DNA from: a bacterium
GTDB lineage: Bacteria; AUK180
NCBI GenBank assembly: GCA_023133295.1
Contig: JAGLWT010000014.1
Span: 1,259 to 65,258 of the forward strand
DNA: 64,000 nt
Direction: 5' to 3'
Shown: piece after piece, positions 9,346-18,820 of the stretch
How the letters are laid out: every line of letters begins with the position of its first letter
Numbering within the stretch: the stretch's first letter is position 1
Made by a program: the position numbers and the translations under genes
Notes under the pieces: generated by a model
Databases searched by the model: none
What the model was told of the DNA's origin: nothing
What the model saw: the letters and a program-made list of their open reading frames with translations, nothing else

Positions 9346-10015
9346 TATTTTTATCGCGGAACCCCTTGACGGTAAAATACCGAAAGATGAACTCGCGCAT
9401 ATCAAGGTAAACCGTGTATGTGTCGGCGACCCCATCGGTATTGTGAATGGCAAGGGTGTATTCTACGAGGCTACAATGACCTCTCGCGATACCTTTTCCA
9501 TACAGGGGAGCAGTGAGATGCCCAGGCCGACACTGAAGGCCTACCTTCCGATGCTTAAATCCTCTCCGCATTCACAGATACTGAGAAGCATTCTATCATT
9601 TCCCATAGGGGAGATCTGCCTCATCAATACAGATAATACTGTTGTTAAACGCAGATGGGAAGAGCGGGACAGAAAGCTTTTGCGTGAAGGTATGAAGCAA
9701 AGCAAGAATCCCTGGATGCCGATCCTTTCCGGCCCGCATGAATTGAGCGAGTTGGAGTTGAGCGGAGTAATTGCTTGGGGAAGCTGCGATGCGCTTGCCG
9801 GAGAAGCGGGGCCCTGTGATGAGATCGAATCGGTTATCTGGGGGCCGGAAGGCGGATTTTCCAGCAGGGAAAAACAAATACTGCAAAGCAAATGCATACC
9901 ATTGAACTTATCACCTTACATCATGAGAGCTGAGACCGCGGCCTTTGCTTTACTGAGCTATGCGACGGCATCAAATTTGAAATACGCTAATAAAAAGGGT
10001 AAAATTAACGGATGA
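9272..10015 (+). CDS. rsmE: 16S rRNA (uracil1498-N3)-methyltransferase RsmE
   Basis: PUA-like N-terminus and a SPOUT C-terminus with the GPEGGFS motif. The true start is ambiguous: the only upstream ATG overlaps the previous gene by 74 nt. Confidence 0.6.
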   Translation: METFACQRAKRAQILVSAQKKKRTNIFIAEPLDGKIPKDELAHIKVNRVCVGDPIGIVNGKGVFYEATMTSRDTFSIQGSSEMPRPTLKAYLPMLKSSPHSQILRSILSFPIGEICLINTDNTVVKRRWEERDRKLLREGMKQSKNPWMPILSGPHELSELELSGVIAWGSCDALAGEAGPCDEIESVIWGPEGGFSSREKQILQSKCIPLNLSPYIMRAETAAFALLSYATASNLKYANKKGKING

Positions 10016-10887
10016 AAACTATTGTAAAGATCATTGTATTGATATTTGTGCTCATTACAGGGGCCCTTTTCTATTTTCTCGGGCCTCTTGCCTCATTGAA
10101 ATATCATCCTGAGACCAAGTGGGGATTTGATATTCGACGGCCTTCTCTTGTACCGCGGATAGAGGATAATAAAGATACTTTCAATTACAAAGGCATGTTC
10201 TATAAATTCTATTTCAACTCACGCCCTACAGAGGAATTTATTGCTGAGAATGTATTTCAGAATTATCAGGTCATTGAGGATATCGGTAACGGGAAATACT
10301 ATTTCTATTGTGTAAACAAGACAATTTACTCGGCCGCATGGGTAGAGAGTGAAGAAAAGATATTCATTGTACAGTTCAAGGCCAATTCTAATGTATCCGA
10401 GTGGATAGATGTAGCCCTGCGAACCGTTCAGCCATCTTCAGAACATCTGTCCGATGAGAGGATCGCCACGATCAAGGCGCGCGTCGCAAAGAAATATGGC
10501 CTTACTTCTCTCATGACGCTTATGCTGACGCTGGGCGCAAGTTTCCTTTTCATGATGCTCCTTGTGGTGTTTCTGGTAGCTATTATGGGGCTTGGGAGAA
10601 GGCCCGGAAATTACGATGAGCTTTCCGCTGAGGGGATCATGTGGGAACGGTCATCTGTCGCGGCGGCATTCAAATCCAAGTTAAGTTATAATATCTCTGT
10701 GGTGTATATAATTCAGACAAACCTGTATTTCCGCATCTTCAGCGGCAATAAGGAGATCATAAAGATCGCTTCAAATGAGCTTATGAGCCATATTGAAGGA
10801 AAGAAAGCCACATTCACTTACAGTAATATCACGGTCAAGATAAATACGAAATATTTTGGCGGTGATTATGGTTATGACAATATTTAA
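10012..10887 (+). CDS. Hypothetical membrane-anchored protein
   Basis: N-terminal TM helix plus a second TM helix near residue 165. No recognisable domain. Overlapping stop/start with rsmE. Confidence 0.4.
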   Translation: MKTIVKIIVLIFVLITGALFYFLGPLASLKYHPETKWGFDIRRPSLVPRIEDNKDTFNYKGMFYKFYFNSRPTEEFIAENVFQNYQVIEDIGNGKYYFYCVNKTIYSAAWVESEEKIFIVQFKANSNVSEWIDVALRTVQPSSEHLSDERIATIKARVAKKYGLTSLMTLMLTLGASFLFMMLLVVFLVAIMGLGRRPGNYDELSAEGIMWERSSVAAAFKSKLSYNISVVYIIQTNLYFRIFSGNKEIIKIASNELMSHIEGKKATFTYSNITVKINTKYFGGDYGYDNI

Positions 10888-10896
10888 GGAGTATTT

Positions 10897-12684
10897 ATGA
10901 ATAAGAAAGCGGGAGTCAGGTGGAATTTGGACTCGATACTGAAAGATGAGGAATTCGATTCGAAGCTGGAAGCATCGTCGAGGGCTATTAAAAAATACTT
11001 TTCCAAATGCAAAAAAGAACTGTCTCCGGATATGCCGGGCAAGAAGTTCAAGCAGATGGTGAAGGAATTTGAAAAACTCCTTCTTGATGCTGACGATGTG
11101 CTCTCATATTCACATCTCTATCAATCAACAAATATGAATGATAATCGGACCTTTTACCTGCTGTCAAAGTCCAATCAACTTGGACTTTCTCTTAGTGAGA
11201 TGTCAATATTTATGAGTCATTGGCTCAAAGGCCTTGCCCTGCCGGGGATGAAAAAGCTTGACCCGAAGAATTCCAAGCGCCTCTTTAAAGAGCGCCCTGA
11301 TCTCGAGTTCTACTTTGAGCATCTTGTGGAGAGCAGAAAGTATTCCCTTTCGTTGGCAGAGGAGAAGATCATTTCGCGAAAGAATTCCAATCTGAAATCA
11401 CCGATAATGAGACTTCGGGGAATGATAACGAATGATTTTGAATATGAGGTCAAGCTCAAGGGCAAAAAGCCGATCAAGATAAATGCTCAGGGGAAATTGA
11501 CCGCTTTGGTAAGACATAAGGACCCTGAGATGAGAAAAGCCGCCTACAAGGCTCTATTTACCCCGTTCAAGAAGAACATCAACATATTCTATACCATATA
11601 TGAAGCCTTGCTCAAGGATTGGTATGACGGAGTCGCGATAAGGGGGCATAAGCAGCCTATTTCGATAAGGAATTTTTCCAATTATCTGGATGACAAAACG
11701 GTTGATACTCTTATGGAGGTATGTGTTGAAAACAGAAAAGTATTCCAGCGCTACTTCAAATTAAAGGCCAAGGCGCAGAAAATAAAGAAGCTCTCACGGT
11801 ATGATCTTTACGCCCCGGTCGGAAGTTCGTCAAAAAAATATACCTATGAAAGCGCGAAGAAAGAGGTCTTGAAGGTTCTGAAGAATTTCGACAAGGGATT
11901 TTATGAGAAGGGAAAATTGATCTTTGATGATGGCCATGTAGATTCCCATCCTCGTCAGAATAAAAGATCCGGCGCATTTTGTTCTACCGTATCCACAAAG
12001 ATCACTCCCTATGTCCTTTTGAATTTTAGCGGCAACGCGGATGCGATGATGACGATGGCGCATGAGATCGGTCATGGGATACACTCCTTGTATTCGAATA
12101 AGTTATCGGACCTGGTTTCACATTCTACGCTGCCGGTGGCGGAGACCGCGTCAACATTTTCCGAGATGCTGATGTTCGATCACCTTTTAAATACGATCAA
12201 AGACAAAAAAGAGAAGAAGGCCATGCTCTTTGAGAAAGTGGACTCTTCCTTCGCTACTATTATCAGGCAGAATTATTTCGTCAAATTTGAGAAAGCCGCG
12301 CATGAGATGGTGCAGAAGGGGACGAACGGAGAGGAATTGAGCGATAAATATTATGAGATATTAAAAGAACAATTCGGAAATGCGGTTTCAATTCCCAAGG
12401 AATTCCGTTATGAGTGGTCGTATATTCCCCATATCTTTGTAACTCCTTTCTACTGCTATGCGTATAATTTCGGAGAACTTCTGTCAATGGCATTGTATTC
12501 TCTGTACAAGCAGAAGGGCCAGAGCTTTATTTCATCAATAGAGAAGATACTGGCCGCCGGCGGTTCGCAGAAACCTACCTTGCTGTTAAAGGAAGTGGGC
12601 ATAGACATTAACTCCCCGGAATTCTGGCAGGGCAGTTTCACTATCATCGAAGAATGGATCGAGATGATCCGGGAATTAATTTAG
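10897..12684 (+). CDS. pepF: Oligoendopeptidase F (M3B metallopeptidase)
   Basis: HEIGHGIHS zinc motif and overall length/pattern of M3B PepF. Confidence 0.8.
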   Translation: MNKKAGVRWNLDSILKDEEFDSKLEASSRAIKKYFSKCKKELSPDMPGKKFKQMVKEFEKLLLDADDVLSYSHLYQSTNMNDNRTFYLLSKSNQLGLSLSEMSIFMSHWLKGLALPGMKKLDPKNSKRLFKERPDLEFYFEHLVESRKYSLSLAEEKIISRKNSNLKSPIMRLRGMITNDFEYEVKLKGKKPIKINAQGKLTALVRHKDPEMRKAAYKALFTPFKKNINIFYTIYEALLKDWYDGVAIRGHKQPISIRNFSNYLDDKTVDTLMEVCVENRKVFQRYFKLKAKAQKIKKLSRYDLYAPVGSSSKKYTYESAKKEVLKVLKNFDKGFYEKGKLIFDDGHVDSHPRQNKRSGAFCSTVSTKITPYVLLNFSGNADAMMTMAHEIGHGIHSLYSNKLSDLVSHSTLPVAETASTFSEMLMFDHLLNTIKDKKEKKAMLFEKVDSSFATIIRQNYFVKFEKAAHEMVQKGTNGEELSDKYYEILKEQFGNAVSIPKEFRYEWSYIPHIFVTPFYCYAYNFGELLSMALYSLYKQKGQSFISSIEKILAAGGSQKPTLLLKEVGIDINSPEFWQGSFTIIEEWIEMIRELI

Positions 12685-12707
12685 AGAAAGTAAAGGTAGG
12701 AGGATAG

Positions 12708-12965
12708 TTGGAGAATGGGAAAAAGAGACACCTCCGTAACCGAAAAATCGTTATATCGTTTCTTTCATTAAAATCACTCGCTAAAATAATAGAACGCCGG
12801 AGCGAATTAAGATATGGGACATGTCGTACTCCGCAGGAGTTCGTCTGTCCCGATGTAAAAGTTCCAAGCGGAGAGTTGAAAATTGTGAAACAATTGTACA
12901 CTCTACGCCCCGTTGGAATCACACGGAAACATCATCCACACATATTTGAATGTCATTCTGAATGA
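12708..12965 (+). CDS. Possible small basic protein (85 aa), or part of a non-coding transcript
   Basis: Strong AGGAGG about 11 nt upstream of the ATG at 12708. No recognisable domain. It sits in a 380-bp region that ends at an intrinsic-terminator-like hairpin. Confidence 0.2.
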   Translation: MENGKKRHLRNRKIVISFLSLKSLAKIIERRSELRYGTCRTPQEFVCPDVKVPSGELKIVKQLYTLRPVGITRKHHPHIFECHSE

Positions 12966-12989
12966 GCTTTAGCGATTGAAGAATCCATT

Positions 12990-13042
12990 TCCCTTCTTAT
13001 CCCCACTTCACTCTTTCTTTTGCACTTGTCACTGGGTCCGCT
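12990..13042. repeat. Outlying copy of the repeat family modules (CCCCACTTCACTC…GCACTTGTCACTGGGTCC)
   Basis: Reverse complements of the GTGAAGTGGGG and GGACCCAGTGACAAGTGC modules seen at 34.2 and 35.1 kb. Immediately adjacent to the terminator hairpin. Confidence 0.45.
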
Positions 13043-13085
13043 AACATGACACGCGCAGCGTGTCATGTTTTCTGTTTCTTTTTCC
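13043..13085. terminator. Perfect 11-bp-stem hairpin (AACATGACACG-CGCAG-CGTGTCATGTT) followed on the + strand by a T-rich tract; intrinsic-terminator-like
   Basis: Inverted repeat at 13043-13069, then TTTTCTGTTTCTTTTT. It also overlaps the stop of the minus-strand gene 13063..14343, so it may act as a convergent/bidirectional terminator. Confidence 0.4.
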
Positions 13086-14343
13086 TCATCGCGGGAAAGA
13101 GTACATTATTCAGGATCAATCTATAGCCCGAAGAATTCTTATATATAGAAACATCGGTGGGCGGATCTCCGATGCGATGAGCGAAATCCTCGGGATCATG
13201 TCCTCCGTAAAAGGTAAAAAATCCCTTTCCGTATCCGCCGTAAATGTATTTCGCGCGCTGCATATCTTTTAAAAACCCCATTATAACAGTGGTCTTCTTG
13301 ATACGCTTCATCGCGAATGTCGATGTCTGACCCATGAAACCGTGTATGAGCTTTTCATGATTTTGGCAGAGCATCGTAGGAATAGGGTCCTGCTTCGCTG
13401 AGAAATCAAATAATATGAAATCCTCTGTGCCGGATTCGGGACGCGCTCCGTAGGGAGATACATCGATATCAGAAAATTCGTATACATCGGGTGACAATTC
13501 GGGGATGAATCCCGAAAACGCGAAGGTGAGTGAATAGTCAAGCTTTGACAAATGATCCGCCGCAACCGGGGTTCCGTCGAATTCAGAGGGGACAATATCG
13601 GTATTAAGCGCCGCAAGAGCAACATCTATGGAGTCGGTGGCAGAGCACATCGCAAAGAGGAATCCTCCCTTTGATGTGTATTCAGCTATCTTTACAGAGA
13701 CCGATCTCATTAGCTGTGAAACGCTCGCCATGCGGTATTGCTTCGCCTTCTCGCTTAACCAGTTTTTGTGGGAGATATACCAGGCGGCTGTCTTAAAGGA
13801 TGCGTAGAACTTCCCGAATTGGCCGGTGAAATCTTCATGATGAAGATGGACCCACTCATAATCCGCCAATTTCCCTTCAAGAACCTCATCGATATAGATC
13901 TTGTCATAGGGTATGCCGGCATAATCTAATACCAGGATCACGGCATCGTCCCAGGGCTCCGTGTCCATCTCATTTTTCATTTTCTCGACCAATGGTGTAA
14001 AAACTGCGATCTTCGGTGCTTTTTCCAGCCAGACACGCTCCATATTCTCGCTTGATACTGTAGCCATAATGGCCTCAAGCTGCTCTTCGGTGATCTTCGT
14101 ATATGAAACTCCGGCTGCCGCCAATGCGATCTCGCTCGTATTTGAGGGTATTACAAAGCTTCCACCCTTGTAATTCAGGAGCCAGGCTACTTTCCCCCCA
14201 TATTCCTTGAGATGATTATATACGATCCCGTAGGCCTTCAAGTGATCGTTCTGTGTTGAGTTCATGGGAATAAGAATGCTGCAATACCCTGCGATATTAA
14301 AGGCAATGATCAGAAAGAACAATGCGGTCTTTTTCAAGATCAA
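13063..14343 (-). CDS. Secreted hypothetical protein (426 aa)
   Basis: N-terminal signal peptide and a long ORF with good coding character. No confident domain; a GATase1-like fold is only a weak guess. Confidence 0.5.
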   Translation of the reverse strand: MILKKTALFFLIIAFNIAGYCSILIPMNSTQNDHLKAYGIVYNHLKEYGGKVAWLLNYKGGSFVIPSNTSEIALAAAGVSYTKITEEQLEAIMATVSSENMERVWLEKAPKIAVFTPLVEKMKNEMDTEPWDDAVILVLDYAGIPYDKIYIDEVLEGKLADYEWVHLHHEDFTGQFGKFYASFKTAAWYISHKNWLSEKAKQYRMASVSQLMRSVSVKIAEYTSKGGFLFAMCSATDSIDVALAALNTDIVPSEFDGTPVAADHLSKLDYSLTFAFSGFIPELSPDVYEFSDIDVSPYGARPESGTEDFILFDFSAKQDPIPTMLCQNHEKLIHGFMGQTSTFAMKRIKKTTVIMGFLKDMQRAKYIYGGYGKGFFTFYGGHDPEDFAHRIGDPPTDVSIYKNSSGYRLILNNVLFPAMRKKKQKT

Positions 14344-15133
14344 CCTCCTGGCCGTAGATCAGTGGAATTGCATCTGTAGAGTGCCCGAACGGTATGCCCT
14401 CGAGGACGGGCAGAGAGATATTTCTTCCGAGCCATTCAACGGGCTCGGCTTCATCCGGTTTGAGCGTATTTGTGAAATTCACAACAATTGCTTTGATATT
14501 GTTAAATATTCCGCATTTATGTAATTGAATGAGATCCCTTTCAAGAGCGTAACTTCTTTCATCAACATCCTCAAGAAAGAGAACGGTGTCCTTATCAAAT
14601 ACGGGCTGAAGCGGCGTACCCATTGAGCTTACCAATAATTTCAAACAGAATACCGCAACCCTGCCGCTTATCTTATTGGCGATACTGCCGTGATGTTTAA
14701 TTACACGAGTAGCGTCATTATTGCTCTTTAATATAGTAATCGTCTGCTTCAAGCCGGTCTTCTGATATTCAAATGTATGCGGCATCGGCCCGTAAATATA
14801 GTTATGTCCGGCTTGATAGGCAGAATATCCTATCATTGAAAAATCAGAAAATCCGATCCAGGTCTTCTTTGCCGCCCCGCTGAAGATAAGATCGGAAATA
14901 ATGCGGCACGCTCCGTAACCGCCGCGTACTGCCCAGATAATATCCGAGTCGGAATTCAAGGCCTTGTTGAATTCTCTAATGCGTCTTTCATCAGATCCCG
15001 CGAGCATTCGCTCTTGTTTGAATATATCTTCATCGATCTCACAGTTAAAATCAGCGGGAAGCAACTCTCGCGCTCTCAGAAGTTCTTTCCTATCGGAATG
15101 CCATGAGGGCGCGATGAAGAAGATTTTTCTCAT
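14297..15133 (-). CDS. ldcA: LD-carboxypeptidase (peptidase S66, muramoyltetrapeptide carboxypeptidase)
   Basis: WAVRGGYG and GFSD(F) nucleophile-elbow motifs. The size is typical of S66. Confidence 0.7.
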   Translation of the reverse strand: MRKIFFIAPSWHSDRKELLRARELLPADFNCEIDEDIFKQERMLAGSDERRIREFNKALNSDSDIIWAVRGGYGACRIISDLIFSGAAKKTWIGFSDFSMIGYSAYQAGHNYIYGPMPHTFEYQKTGLKQTITILKSNNDATRVIKHHGSIANKISGRVAVFCLKLLVSSMGTPLQPVFDKDTVLFLEDVDERSYALERDLIQLHKCGIFNNIKAIVVNFTNTLKPDEAEPVEWLGRNISLPVLEGIPFGHSTDAIPLIYGQEVDLEKDRIVLSDHCL

Positions 15134-16038
15134 TCCTGATCCTTCTCCAGAGGATGTGAGCGTTTATATACTTCCTTTAGTTTTGCGGTGGAGAGATGTG
15201 TATATATCTGAGTTGTGGACAGTGATGCATGCCCCAGTAATTCCTGTACGATCTTGATATCAGCGCCGCCATTGAGAAGATGTGTCGCGAAACTGTGCCG
15301 AAGGGTATGCGGAGTCCGGCCATTCTTCTTTGCCAGCAGGTTGAGCCTCTTGTCAACGATCATTCTAATTCCCCTTGATGAAATGCCGCTTCCCCTGACA
15401 TTGAGAAACACCGGAGAGTTGTCCATAAATGTGTAGCCTTTTTGTATCTTGAAATCGAAATATTTTTTAAGAGAGTTGATCGCGAATCCCCCCAGAGGAA
15501 TTATTCGCTCTTTCGAACCCTTTCCGAATACCCGCACGATCTCGGAAAGGAAATCAAGGTTTCGATGTGATAATGTGCTCATTTCAGATATTCTCATTCC
15601 TGTAGAGTAAAAGAGTTCGAATATAGCCCTGTCCCGAGCGCCGAGGATATCAGAATCATCGATGGCCTCTATTATCTGAGCGATCTCAGAAACATTGAAG
15701 AACTTAGGAAGGCGTTTAGGCCTTTTGGGTGATAGTACACCGCTTACCGGATTGCGGAGTACACTGCCTTCTCTGATACGGAATCTGAAATAGCTTCGTA
15801 GTGTGGAAAGATGTCTCAGGATCGAGGTCTTTTTAAGGCCCTTGCGGACAAGATATGTTATATACGATCTTACCCAGTAATGAGTGGTTTCATCCAAGCC
15901 CTTTGCATTATATTTTTCGCCGATAAATGTGTAGAAATCCTGCAGATCCGCACTATACGCACGAATAGTATTTGGTGAATAATTCCTTTGGACCCTTAGG
16001 TATTCCTCAAAGTCCTTAACTGACTTTTCCATGTACAT
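15130..16038 (-). CDS. Tyrosine site-specific recombinase, XerC/XerD-like
   Basis: N-terminal SAM-like core-binding domain and a C-terminal catalytic domain …HTLRHSFATHLL…LGHASLSTTQIYTH. Confidence 0.7.
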   Translation of the reverse strand: MYMEKSVKDFEEYLRVQRNYSPNTIRAYSADLQDFYTFIGEKYNAKGLDETTHYWVRSYITYLVRKGLKKTSILRHLSTLRSYFRFRIREGSVLRNPVSGVLSPKRPKRLPKFFNVSEIAQIIEAIDDSDILGARDRAIFELFYSTGMRISEMSTLSHRNLDFLSEIVRVFGKGSKERIIPLGGFAINSLKKYFDFKIQKGYTFMDNSPVFLNVRGSGISSRGIRMIVDKRLNLLAKKNGRTPHTLRHSFATHLLNGGADIKIVQELLGHASLSTTQIYTHLSTAKLKEVYKRSHPLEKDQE

Positions 16039-17962
16039 GCTTGTGAATATGCCGGGAGATCTGTTTGGCAGTAAACGGTTTCTCCAGATAAACCAGCACT
16101 CCCAGATCGCTTGCCATATTTTTAAATTTAGCTGATTTATATATTCCGGATATCATGAAGACCTTTGTATGTTCAACGATCAGATTACTCTTTTGCAGCT
16201 GCTCGAGGAGTTTGAAGCCGTTCTTTCCGGGCATCAGGACATCCATAATGATGAGATCATAATCATGCATTTCGAGTAATTTCTCAACATTGAACGCGCT
16301 TTTTGCCATATCAACGGAAAAGCCCTCGTCAGAAAGGATTATTTTAAGAAGGATCCGCGTGTTCTTATCATCTTCGATCACAAGAGCCTTCTTCCCTTCA
16401 TAGGTTTTCGCGCGAGCTTCCTCGTCTTTTTTCTCGCCGTTGGATGTCATCTCGCCAATGATCTTTTCCTCTCCGAAAATGGATACATATAGATCCTCAA
16501 CAAGGAGTCTGACCTCTTCTTTGAAGAAATAGAATTCCGGTTCGATCTCAGAGATCTTGAGATAATTATTGATCACCTTGGAATACTCTTTTTTAAATGA
16601 ATAATATTCTGCCTGAAGGACCAGGAAATCGATATTATCCTGGAAATCTTCAATCTTGGCAAGCCTTTTCAACTCTTTCGCTGCCTCTTTCCATTTCTTG
16701 AAAATGATCAAATACTGAAGATGGAGAAGATCAATATGAGGATTTTTCGGGTCCAATTTCTTCAAAATGGTGTATTGATGGGAGAAACTGTACTTATCCT
16801 TTTTTCGTAGAAATATCTGAGCCAGCCTGAATCTGATGAGAAAGTTAGAATCGTCGAGCGCCAGCCCTCTGGTGAAATACTCCGATGCCTTATCGAATTT
16901 CTTCTGAATAAGATAAATTGAGCCGATCTTTTCAAGATATTCAACATTCTCGGGCTCTTCCCTCAACATCTCCATAATAGAACTTATGGTTTTTGATATC
17001 TGAGTTTCCGTTGATTCCATTGATTGATCAAGAGAGGTCTTTGTCATGTTATTTGACAGATTGACCGTATATTTTTCAAGAAGGAATTCCCCTAATTTAT
17101 TTGAAATGTCTATCAAATTGGGAAGATATTTCTCGATGTCCTTGGCAACTTCCAAACCGGTATTGTAACGGAAATCGGGTTCCTTTTCCAGGCATTTCAT
17201 AACGATGTTTGAAACATTTACAGGAATATCAGGATTGACTTTATACGGGGGAGTTGGCGCGTCGTTTCGAATACTCTTTATTATTTCCAGTCCGTTCTTT
17301 CCGGTGAAGGGAGGCCTGCCGGTGAGCATTTGATAAAATACTATTCCCAGAGAGAAGAGGTCAGAGCGTTTGTCAAGAACATCGCCCTTTGTTTGTTCGG
17401 GCGACATGAATGGATATTTCCCCGCGAGGACCTTTTCTTCTTTAATACCGTCCTTTGCCACCTTGGCAATTCCGAAGTCCGCGACCTTGACCTCGCCGGA
17501 GAATGTGACCATTATATTCTGCGGAGATATATCACGGTGAACGATCTCAAGGGGCCTTCCGTAATGGTCCTTGGCGCCATGGGCGAAATCCAGTCCCAGC
17601 GCGCTTTTATAGGCGATATATGCGGATTTTTTCCATGAGATCTTTCTGAAGCCGATCAATTTGTCGATCTCGCGAAGATTCTTTCCGTGGATATATTCCA
17701 TAACGATGTAAAGAACACTATCCTCTTCACCCAATTCGAATATCTGAACGATATTAGGGTGAACCAAACGGGCTGACAATTCGGCTTCTTTGACGAACAT
17801 ATCCTTTAATTTAGGATCTTTGGAGATATCTTCTTTGATGACCTTTATAGCGAATATCTTGGAAAATCCTCGAGCGCCGAGTTTTTTTGCTTTAAAGACA
17901 TCCGCCATACCGCCGGAGGCGATTTTTTCGATTATTTCATAGTCTTTTACTTTTCCACGCAT
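16016..17962 (-). CDS. Hanks-type Ser/Thr protein kinase fused to a helical/TPR-like region and a C-terminal response-regulator receiver (REC) domain
   Basis: Kinase subdomains (GGMADVFKA…AIK, HRDISPQNIM, DFGIAK, SPEQ). C-terminal REC domain with LVIEDD…DLIIMDVLMPGKNG. Confidence 0.7.
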   Translation of the reverse strand: MRGKVKDYEIIEKIASGGMADVFKAKKLGARGFSKIFAIKVIKEDISKDPKLKDMFVKEAELSARLVHPNIVQIFELGEEDSVLYIVMEYIHGKNLREIDKLIGFRKISWKKSAYIAYKSALGLDFAHGAKDHYGRPLEIVHRDISPQNIMVTFSGEVKVADFGIAKVAKDGIKEEKVLAGKYPFMSPEQTKGDVLDKRSDLFSLGIVFYQMLTGRPPFTGKNGLEIIKSIRNDAPTPPYKVNPDIPVNVSNIVMKCLEKEPDFRYNTGLEVAKDIEKYLPNLIDISNKLGEFLLEKYTVNLSNNMTKTSLDQSMESTETQISKTISSIMEMLREEPENVEYLEKIGSIYLIQKKFDKASEYFTRGLALDDSNFLIRFRLAQIFLRKKDKYSFSHQYTILKKLDPKNPHIDLLHLQYLIIFKKWKEAAKELKRLAKIEDFQDNIDFLVLQAEYYSFKKEYSKVINNYLKISEIEPEFYFFKEEVRLLVEDLYVSIFGEEKIIGEMTSNGEKKDEEARAKTYEGKKALVIEDDKNTRILLKIILSDEGFSVDMAKSAFNVEKLLEMHDYDLIIMDVLMPGKNGFKLLEQLQKSNLIVEHTKVFMISGIYKSAKFKNMASDLGVLVYLEKPFTAKQISRHIHKHVHGKVS

Positions 17963-18719
17963 AAATTAATAAAAATCCTTCAATTGCCAGTATAATTATA
18001 CTACTTACAGGAATTATTTTCAAACCTACATATTTGTAAATGGTGATAAATATCACATTATTTATAAGATTCAATGAGATGAGTAATATCAAAGAACGTA
18101 TAGCGCCGAATTTTTCTCTAAGAACATGGTGAATGTGTTTCAGGTCTCCCCGCATCGGGTTTTTCTTTTGAATGGATCTGCGTATTAGCGCGAAGGAAGT
18201 ATCGAAGAAGGGATAAAAACAGATCATGATAAAAATGGGAAGAAGATAGAAGCCCGACACACCGGTAAATGCCGCTCTGAAGAAGTGAAAGAAGATCAAT
18301 CCCAGAAAGTGCGAACCCGTATCTCCGAGGTATATCTTGGCTTTGGGACAGTTTACCAATGTAAGAAGCAGCATGGTCGAAAAAAGAAATAGAAGGGAAG
18401 GATCCCTGTAAAAGAAGAATACGCAAGAGATCGAAATGAATGTAAGAGATAGAAGAAGGCCGTCAATACCGTCGGAAAGATTAAAAGCATTGAAAATGAA
18501 AACAAGGAGAAAGAGCTGAAAAATAGTTGTTGAAGGGAATAGGAGAAAGTAGAGTCCCGCCGCAGATATCTGTAGTATCAGTTTAAATATTGCCGATAGA
18601 TCAAAGATATCATCCAGGATGCCGATGAGAAGGACGAAAGCACCGATAAACCCGAATTTTATGTCCCCGCTGGTATAAGAAATGAAGGCAAGCGGTATCA
18701 GAAATACCAACCCCAGCAT
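17937..18719 (-). CDS. GT4-family polyprenyl-phosphate N-acetylhexosamine-1-phosphate transferase (WecA/MraY-like), unusually short at the N-terminus
   Basis: NAFNLSDGIDGL and DDxxD (GILDDIFDL) motifs. Only 260 aa, with the DD motif ~35 residues from the start. An in-frame stop 13 codons upstream excludes a simple N-terminal extension. Confidence 0.55.
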   Translation of the reverse strand: MLGLVFLIPLAFISYTSGDIKFGFIGAFVLLIGILDDIFDLSAIFKLILQISAAGLYFLLFPSTTIFQLFLLVFIFNAFNLSDGIDGLLLSLTFISISCVFFFYRDPSLLFLFSTMLLLTLVNCPKAKIYLGDTGSHFLGLIFFHFFRAAFTGVSGFYLLPIFIMICFYPFFDTSFALIRRSIQKKNPMRGDLKHIHHVLREKFGAIRSLILLISLNLINNVIFITIYKYVGLKIIPVSSIIILAIEGFLLIYAWKSKRL

Positions 18720-18820
18720 TCCTGGAGGTTCACCTTCCTTTGCGGGGAGAAATCCGCTTATCCGAAGAAGCAGGTAAATGCCGAGTAAGGAAACCCCGAG
18801 ATTAAGGTATAGCGGATGAG

